DNA of 64,000 nucleotides from Myxococcales bacterium (GTDB lineage Bacteria; Myxococcota; UBA727; JABDBI01): NCBI GenBank assembly GCA_023898405.1, contig CP060221.1, positions 1,719,381 to 1,783,380 of the forward strand, read 5' to 3'. Shown piece by piece: positions 57,718 to 64,000 of this stretch (position 1 is its first letter; each line of letters starts with the position of its first letter). The notes under the pieces were generated by a model. It saw only the letters and a program-made list of their open reading frames with translations, ran no database searches and was not told where the DNA came from. The position numbers and the translations under genes were made by a program.

Positions 57718-59598
57718 TTAGTTTAAAAGCTTAAGCATGTTGTGTGCTTTTTCTTCGCTTATGTGAATAAGGCGAGCAATTTCCGATGCTTGCGCTTGTT
57801 TGATATTTTTTACGCTGCCAAAGTGCCGCAATAGCGTGACAGCACGCTTTTTCCCGATTCCTGGTATATCGAGCAATTCGCTGTGCAGGGTGCGTTTGCT
57901 ACGGCTTTTTCGGTGAGCGCCTAGGGCAAAGCGATGAGCTTCATCTCGAATGCGTTCAACAAGATAGCGTTCAAAAGTATGAGCTTCCAAGATAATGGGT
58001 TCGCTTTCATTTGGCACGAATAGTCTTTCATCGCTGTGTTCGACATTTATAGAGTTTGAGTCTTGAGAGTCTTTTTGAGTTCGTGCTTTAGCAATACCTG
58101 CAACGAACAATGAATCTTTACTAACAATGATATTTGCTTCTTCGATAGCCTTGATAGCGGATTTAAGTTGACCTTTGCCTCCATCGATCAACAAAAGATC
58201 CGGCAAATTATTATCAGCAATTCCTCGTTTGATTCTGCGTGAAACAACTTCGTGAATCATGGCGAAATCATCCATGCCGCTTACCGATTTAATGCTAAAA
58301 GTGCGATAGCTCGCTTTATCAGGCTGACCATTTATAAAAACGACGCAGGAACCATAGGGCTCGCTTCCCTGAATCAAAGAAATATCAATGCACTCAATAC
58401 GAACCGGTTTCAAGGATAAATTCAATCGCTGCTGCAATGCGAGTAAAGCTCGATCATTGGCGTTATTGCTTGCAATTTGATCATTTAAGATTTGCTGGGC
58501 ATTTTTGTTGGCTATCTCAACCAGTCTTAAAAATTTTCCTTTTTGAGGATAAATAAAATGTACCAAACGTCCTGCTTGCTTTTCTAAAATTTCACTAAGC
58601 CCTATCAGTTCATCATTGATGGCCAAAGGCACTACAATTTCGTGAGGAATGTCGGGATCTTTTTCGTAGCTTTGCTCTAGAAAACTTTGCAAGATCTCTT
58701 CGCTAGGAAAAGCCTGATCGCTGAAATTATAGTTGTCACTGTGGTGCCATGTACCATTTCGAATTTTTATTCGTACGATGCTGACTTGGGGCCCCATTCT
58801 GCTCAGCCCAATAATATCTTGATGCTTTTTTTGGTTGACGTTGCTTACCACTTGGCTCGTCATAGCAGTTTTAATGGCGCTGAGCTGATCCCGAACCTTT
58901 GCCGCAGCTTCATATTGATCTTCTTTGGCGAATTGCCACATTTTTTTGCTGAGGCGTTCAGTGATGTCTTTGATATTGCCACTCAAAAATAGGGCCACGT
59001 TTTCAATTTCTTGTTGATAGCTTTCTGTTTGATAAATGCATGGGGCCATACAACGGCCAATTTGATATTGAATACAAGGACGAATGCGGTTTTCTAAAAC
59101 TTGATCAGGACAGGTTCTAAGCAAAAAATATTTATTGATGAGTTCAACTGTTGTGCGCAAGCTTGAGGCAGAAGGATAAGGGCCAAAGTAGCGAGCCTGA
59201 TCTTTTGAACTTTTTCGTACAATTTCTAATTTAGGAAACACATCACGCTTGCGACCTTTGTCTTTAGCTCGCTTAATTTTTAATAGAGCGTAATTTTTAT
59301 CATCTTTAAGCATGATATTAAAACGCGGCTTATGTTTCCTAATCAGCTCTCGCTCAAGTACAAGTGCCTCAATATCATTGCGAACGACAATGATATCGAT
59401 ATCAGCCAGCATCTGCTCTAAAAATTGTACGAAAATGCGGGTATCCTGACCCGAAAAATAACTTTTAAGGCGGGCCCGAAGATTTTTTGCCTTGCCAATA
59501 TAAAAGATACGATTATCGTAATCCTTCATGAGATAGCAGCCAGCATCTGTGCTTAGCTGCCTTAGTTTTTCTTTGACGTATTGAAATCCCTTTTCCAT
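57718..59598 (-). CDS. uvrC: Excinuclease ABC subunit C
   Basis: GIY-YIG domain (GCYLMKDYDNRIFYIGKAKNLRARLKSYF), UvrBC-interaction region, endonuclease and C-terminal (HhH)2 (LDIPGIGKKRAVTLLRHFGS). Start at MEKGFQYV (59598); 59613 is the alternative. Confidence 0.95.
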   Translation of the reverse strand: MEKGFQYVKEKLRQLSTDAGCYLMKDYDNRIFYIGKAKNLRARLKSYFSGQDTRIFVQFLEQMLADIDIIVVRNDIEALVLERELIRKHKPRFNIMLKDDKNYALLKIKRAKDKGRKRDVFPKLEIVRKSSKDQARYFGPYPSASSLRTTVELINKYFLLRTCPDQVLENRIRPCIQYQIGRCMAPCIYQTESYQQEIENVALFLSGNIKDITERLSKKMWQFAKEDQYEAAAKVRDQLSAIKTAMTSQVVSNVNQKKHQDIIGLSRMGPQVSIVRIKIRNGTWHHSDNYNFSDQAFPSEEILQSFLEQSYEKDPDIPHEIVVPLAINDELIGLSEILEKQAGRLVHFIYPQKGKFLRLVEIANKNAQQILNDQIASNNANDRALLALQQRLNLSLKPVRIECIDISLIQGSEPYGSCVVFINGQPDKASYRTFSIKSVSGMDDFAMIHEVVSRRIKRGIADNNLPDLLLIDGGKGQLKSAIKAIEEANIIVSKDSLFVAGIAKARTQKDSQDSNSINVEHSDERLFVPNESEPIILEAHTFERYLVERIRDEAHRFALGAHRKSRSKRTLHSELLDIPGIGKKRAVTLLRHFGSVKNIKQAQASEIARLIHISEEKAHNMLKLLN

Positions 59599-59637
59599 GA
59601 GCCAATATACCATTAGGTGATTATTTAGAATGAACAA

Positions 59638-59946
59638 ATGGAGTCTATGATGTTTGATCCCAAAAAAATCTTTGACATGCTTAAAAATGCTGGTGAGATG
59701 CAAAAGAATATGTCCGAAAAACTAAAAACTAACAAGGCCACCGGCGAAGCAGGAGCAGGAATGGTGAAGGTGGTAATGAATGGACATTTCGAAATTGAGT
59801 CGATTGATATCGATAATGCCCTGATGAGCGAAGATAAAAATTTTATTCAAGATGTAATCAAATCAGCTATCAATGATGCCTCAACTCAAATCCTAGCTCA
59901 GATGACTGATCATTTGAAAGCTCTCACTGGTGGTTTGGGGCTGTAA
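59638..59946 (+). CDS. ybaB: Nucleoid-associated protein YbaB/EbfC
   Basis: ~100 aa with YbaB pattern (MQKNMSEKL...GEAGAGMVKVVMNGHFEIESIDID...LTGGLGL); immediately upstream of recR. Confidence 0.9.
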   Translation: MESMMFDPKKIFDMLKNAGEMQKNMSEKLKTNKATGEAGAGMVKVVMNGHFEIESIDIDNALMSEDKNFIQDVIKSAINDASTQILAQMTDHLKALTGGLGL

Positions 59947-59947
59947 A

Positions 59948-60550
59948 GTGGCGCATGATCCCGTAGCCCGCTTGATCAAGGAATTGACATTGTTGCCTGG
60001 AATTGGTGAACGCACAGCCTTAAGGTTGGCTCTTCATCTTTTAGGCCAAAAAAAAGAGCGGGTTTTAAATCTAGCAGAAAGTTTGGTTGAGGTTGCGCAA
60101 AATGTAACGGAATGTCGTACATGCTGTAATCTCACAGCTTATTCTGAACAGTGCAGTATATGCTCAAAGCCAGGGCGCGACGATAGCATTGTTTGTGTGG
60201 TTTCATGTATTCAAGATCTTATGGCCATTGAGTCATGCGCAAGTTTTAAAGGACTTTATCATGTGCTTCATGGAGTCCTCACTCCTATCAATGGTATTGG
60301 TCCAAAAGAGTTGAGAATAAATGAACTATCCTTAAGGCTTGCTCAAAATAATATTAAAGAACTAATTCTTGCCACACCTTCTTCGGTAGAAGGGGAAGCT
60401 ACTGCGCTGTTTATTGGTGAGCAGGCGCAATCTTTCGATATAAAAATTTCACGCATTGCCAGTGGAGTCCCTGTGGGTGGAGATCTGCAATTTGCTGATC
60501 GATTAAGCCTGGCTCGTGCACTTATGATGCGTCAAGAAGTCAGCAGCTAA
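59948..60550 (+). CDS. recR: Recombination protein RecR
   Basis: HhH (LPGIGERTALRLALHLL), C4 zinc finger (CRTCCNL...CSICS), Toprim region. Start at GTG 59948 just after the ybaB stop. Confidence 0.9.
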   Translation: MAHDPVARLIKELTLLPGIGERTALRLALHLLGQKKERVLNLAESLVEVAQNVTECRTCCNLTAYSEQCSICSKPGRDDSIVCVVSCIQDLMAIESCASFKGLYHVLHGVLTPINGIGPKELRINELSLRLAQNNIKELILATPSSVEGEATALFIGEQAQSFDIKISRIASGVPVGGDLQFADRLSLARALMMRQEVSS

Positions 60551-60863
60551 GCAAATTTCAAACGTTTTAAGAGGCTTTTATATTTTTGCCGTACAAGATT
60601 TTAAGATCGTGCTGTCTTGCGCTTTTTTATCTGTCTTTTAGATTGAGGCCGATTATCCACTGAAAAAATAGTGTGGGATATATTTTATATTTTTATTTTA
60701 TGGTGAATTGTGCGACATAAAAAGATTGAAATTGGTCATCATATCTAAGTGTTTTAGTTTGATGTTTTATGTTTCGTTAAATTAATTGATTTCATATGAT
60801 GAAAATAAGAGGAAATACTATTCCCGCAGGTATATTATCAAGCAAGTGACAAGGGGCAGATCT

Positions 60864-62168
60864 ATGGACGTTAGTCACAGTCAAAATAGGCTAAATTCAA
60901 AGCTGAGCTTGATAGCAGCCGCCTCTGTATTCTTGGTTACACAGGTTTTACAGGCGCAAGAGAATCGAGCCTCCCAAAAGCAAATGGTTGCTGATGATAA
61001 AGAAATCATCACGGCTTCTGGTGAAAAAATTCAGCTGCCAAATCTATCTGATTTGATCAAAGCGAAGATTGGGGCACTAAAAAACCGGCTGAATGAGCAA
61101 GACATTCTTTTGGCAAAGATTGATCTTGCTTTGGCAAAGGAGCAAGAGAGAGAAAAACAAGTTTTTGATGAGGCTTTTTATCTGAGCATGTCTATGTTCA
61201 ATGCAATGCCGCAAGCCCAATACAAGCTCATATCTACTGAAATATGGGTGGATAAAAAACTTGTTTCTCAGGGGGGAAAAAATAACTACGGGCTCCCTCG
61301 CAATAATCAACGAATTTATTTTTCGCCGCTTTCTTCGGGCTGTCATGAAGTAATAGTAAAAGCAAAAGTTCAACGTTTAAGAAATGATGTGCTGAATAAA
61401 TTTAAAGGGTTGAATAAAATAGAAAATATCGAAAACCAGCTTACTATCAGTACTCGGGATGGTTATGAAGTTGGCCTTGACATTGAGCTTTTTGAATCGC
61501 AAAAATTCTCAGTGAAAGATTATCGTAGTCCAAGTATACGTTTCAATCCTGTGGCCAAGCCAATATTTTTGCCTGGTGCGCCACTTGTATCCAAAGAGGA
61601 AGTGCTCAACCAGGGACAACTGCTTATTGATTATGTGAACGATGATAATTCCCATTATCATTTGCTTTCGAAAAATCTGAGCATTGATGGACTTCCTATT
61701 TTGTCTCAACAAGAACACAATGAAGAGCAGGAGAAAAATATTGTTTATAAAGCTCCTTTGGCTCAAGGGCGGCACAAACTCAATGTAGCATTGCTCTTTG
61801 GTGAAAAGACGCGCGTTCAGGGTGGGCCAACCTATAAATTTCGTCTCTCATTTGAGAGAGAGTTTTTTGTTCGCAGTGGTCAGACAAGCTTGGTTAATTT
61901 GATTGCTATGCCTGATGGGGGCAATCGCCGCAATCCCTATAACGCTCGTTACGCACGAGTAAGCTCGGTCATTAAAGGCACCAATGATTCCGCCATATTT
62001 CCTGAGAAAAGCTGCAGAGAGCTTAAGGCTATCGAAGTTGCGGCAGAAAAAAACAAAAAAATATCTCAGCCCCAGGTACAGTCTGAGCAACCCAAGAATT
62101 CTGATCAAGTGATGGAAAGTCCTCAAACTTTGGATAATTCTGAAGAAGCAAAAAAAGCGGGGGAGTAA
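60864..62168 (+). CDS. Hypothetical secreted protein
   Basis: Start at MDVSHS (RBS AAGGGG upstream); signal peptide LSLIAAASVFLVTQVLQAQE; no recognisable domain. Confidence 0.5.
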   Translation: MDVSHSQNRLNSKLSLIAAASVFLVTQVLQAQENRASQKQMVADDKEIITASGEKIQLPNLSDLIKAKIGALKNRLNEQDILLAKIDLALAKEQEREKQVFDEAFYLSMSMFNAMPQAQYKLISTEIWVDKKLVSQGGKNNYGLPRNNQRIYFSPLSSGCHEVIVKAKVQRLRNDVLNKFKGLNKIENIENQLTISTRDGYEVGLDIELFESQKFSVKDYRSPSIRFNPVAKPIFLPGAPLVSKEEVLNQGQLLIDYVNDDNSHYHLLSKNLSIDGLPILSQQEHNEEQEKNIVYKAPLAQGRHKLNVALLFGEKTRVQGGPTYKFRLSFEREFFVRSGQTSLVNLIAMPDGGNRRNPYNARYARVSSVIKGTNDSAIFPEKSCRELKAIEVAAEKNKKISQPQVQSEQPKNSDQVMESPQTLDNSEEAKKAGE

Positions 62169-62171
62169 GCG

Positions 62172-63692
62172 GTGTTAAGTTTATTGCCCCAGTCAAAAAG
62201 ATCAAACTATCTTAAGGCTTTTAGTTTTGTTGCCTTAGCTTCAAGCATTGGGTTTTCGCAGCCTGTCAATAAAACAGTGGCAAGAGATAGCGCTTATGCG
62301 CAAATATTGTTTTCTAGAGGAGATTATTTTTCGACAGTTTTGCTGTTAGAAAAAAAAACTAACTATAGTCTTAATGAACAATTTATCTTGGCTGAGTCGT
62401 TATTTTATCTTGGGCGTTATGCCGAAGCTGAATCAATTTATAAAAAACTTGTTGGTATGTTTGCGCAAGAAGCCTCCACGATTCACCTAAGATTTTTCCA
62501 GATTAAGTTGTTACAGGGCGATACGAAGAACGCGATTCATCAATATAACGAATATAAAAAAAATCATAAAAGAACTCCTGCCGTTATGGATTATGCATTG
62601 GGCAAAGCTCTCTATGATGAAAATTATGAAAACAAAGCTATTGAGCTTTTAAATCTAATTCCCAAAGGAAATGAATTTTATATCCGCGCCCAATACCTGA
62701 TAGGGGCTAGTTATGTTGATAAAAAAGATTTTCAAAAATCCATCGAAATATTTAGTCAAATTGGAAATCAGCCAGCCATAAGCACAGAGGATTATTCTAT
62801 AAAACCGATGGCTCTTATTGCTCTAGCGCGCGTTTATGTAAGCAGCGATCAAATTAATTTAGCTCTTGATACTTATGAAAAGGTTCCCCTCATAGGTCCC
62901 GTAGGAGAGACGGCTATTTCTGAACTTATCCGGACCTTGGTTTTGCGATCTGAGATGGCGTCTTTAGGGAAGGGAATCTATGCTCAGATGAATCAAAAAG
63001 AACGATATAAAATAGCGCAGCAGGCTATAGGAAGAGCTCTGAGTGCTCTTGAGCGTTATCAAAAAACTACCGTCATCGATTGGCGAAAACCAAAACTTCA
63101 TACCTGGATGGCTTTTTTATACGTTAAGAGCAAACGCTATGATGAAGGGCGCCTCGCTTATGCGCAACTTATCGAACATTTTCGACCTGTGTATCAAAAT
63201 TTAGTGTCTCAAAAGGGGCAAGGCCTGATATGGCCATCGTTAATGCTCAATTTTTCATCTCAAAAAAGTTTAGTTAATGAAATTTTTCCTGGGGTTCCTG
63301 AATCATTGCTGAAAGGAGTACCTGAGATTTTTGAAATTCGTGCATTGAAGTTATCCATAGAGGAAAGCCATGCGCGCTTAAATGAACTTGTGGCACTCGC
63401 CAAAAAAAATCGAGAAAATATTTCTGAGCTTGTGCGCGCTCAAAGAGAGCAGGGCATGCTCGAGCAAGAATACCAATTGATGGTAAAAAACCAGCAAAGT
63501 CATATCAACCTGAGAGTTGCTCAGCTTATCAATAAAGTTTTGGCTCAAGCTGAATTTCAACGTGCTGAATTGGCGCAGGAAGAAATGCACGATCTAAAAA
63601 CGCAAATAAAATCTAATAGTGAATATCAAACCAAAAAAATTAATGAGTTCGAGCGTGATCTCTCTTTGCTTGATGAAGGTGGGGCTTTATGA
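62172..63692 (+). CDS. TPR-repeat protein, probably exported
   Basis: 506 aa; hydrophobic N-terminus; several TPR-like helical pairs (ESLFYLGRYAEAESIYKKL; YALGKALYDENYENKAIELLN; AQYLIGASYVDKKDFQKSIEIF). Confidence 0.55.
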   Translation: MLSLLPQSKRSNYLKAFSFVALASSIGFSQPVNKTVARDSAYAQILFSRGDYFSTVLLLEKKTNYSLNEQFILAESLFYLGRYAEAESIYKKLVGMFAQEASTIHLRFFQIKLLQGDTKNAIHQYNEYKKNHKRTPAVMDYALGKALYDENYENKAIELLNLIPKGNEFYIRAQYLIGASYVDKKDFQKSIEIFSQIGNQPAISTEDYSIKPMALIALARVYVSSDQINLALDTYEKVPLIGPVGETAISELIRTLVLRSEMASLGKGIYAQMNQKERYKIAQQAIGRALSALERYQKTTVIDWRKPKLHTWMAFLYVKSKRYDEGRLAYAQLIEHFRPVYQNLVSQKGQGLIWPSLMLNFSSQKSLVNEIFPGVPESLLKGVPEIFEIRALKLSIEESHARLNELVALAKKNRENISELVRAQREQGMLEQEYQLMVKNQQSHINLRVAQLINKVLAQAEFQRAELAQEEMHDLKTQIKSNSEYQTKKINEFERDLSLLDEGGAL

Positions 63693-64000
63693 AGCATAGG
63701 TCGTCGCTGAAAAAATTAAGTTGCTGCATTGGGCTGTTGTTGAGTCCCTCATTTTTGATGGCGCGACAAAATGTAGAAAAGCCCACAGAAATTGTAGGTA
63801 GTCCAGAAAAATCCGAAGCTGATAAAAATTTCCCGGCACAAATGGAGCAACAAACTGCTGAAATTAAACTCATGCAGGAGATAGAGCCCAATTTTGTTCC
63901 CAAAGATGAGCGCGCAATTCAACTTTTTATGTTGCAAAAAGCAGCGGGCGAAAATGAAAAAGCCATAAAAGATAAAAAAGAACTTGCCTTAAAAGTACGT
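63688..64000 (+). CDS. Hypothetical exported protein (partial, continues beyond window)
   Basis: ATG at 63688 overlaps the preceding stop; signal-peptide-like N-terminus (MKHRSSLKKLSCCIGLLLSPSFLMA); frame open to the window end. Confidence 0.4.

Noticed and set aside
1-64000. tRNA, rRNA and tmRNA genes
   Set aside because: No T-loop/acceptor-stem or rRNA signatures found by eye; cannot exclude a tRNA without tRNAscan-SE.

Overview
AT-rich bacterial chromosome segment that reads like a Legionellales-type intracellular gammaproteobacterium; this is an inference from an E. coli-like HslU and from the gene content (ankyrin, patatin, Fic and lipase genes, plus a TLC-type transporter) and is not confirmed by any search. 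Housekeeping genes (pdxH, hslVU, polA, uvrC, ybaB-recR, trxA, tsaB, rnpB RNA) are interspersed with accessory material. The strongest calls are: (1) a large hybrid PKS-NRPS gene running off the left edge (KS-AT-DH-KR-ACP-C), with a divergent fatty-acid-hydroxylase gene and a convergent acyl-CoA dehydrogenase gene; (2) an IS5-family element (20-bp inverted repeats, TAA target duplication) cleanly splitting the 2Fe-2S subunit gene of a three-subunit molybdenum hydroxylase operon; (3) an IS1595-family element (19-bp inverted repeats, 8-bp target duplication) apparently splitting an ankyrin-repeat gene; (4) an IS-dense island at about 8.8-16 kb with remnants of several IS families and orphan secreted proteins; (5) a secreted protein built from near-identical 231-bp Cys-rich tandem repeats; (6) three patatin-like phospholipases, a class-3 lipase, a subtilase, a Pmp-repeat beta-helix protein and a Fic-fold protein with a degenerate active-site motif; (7) two inverted copies of an ~80-bp palindromic element flanking an amino-acid permease gene. 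No CRISPR array, tRNA or rRNA was seen. All family assignments rest on motif recognition by eye; no database search was run, and I could not single out one definitive novel system.
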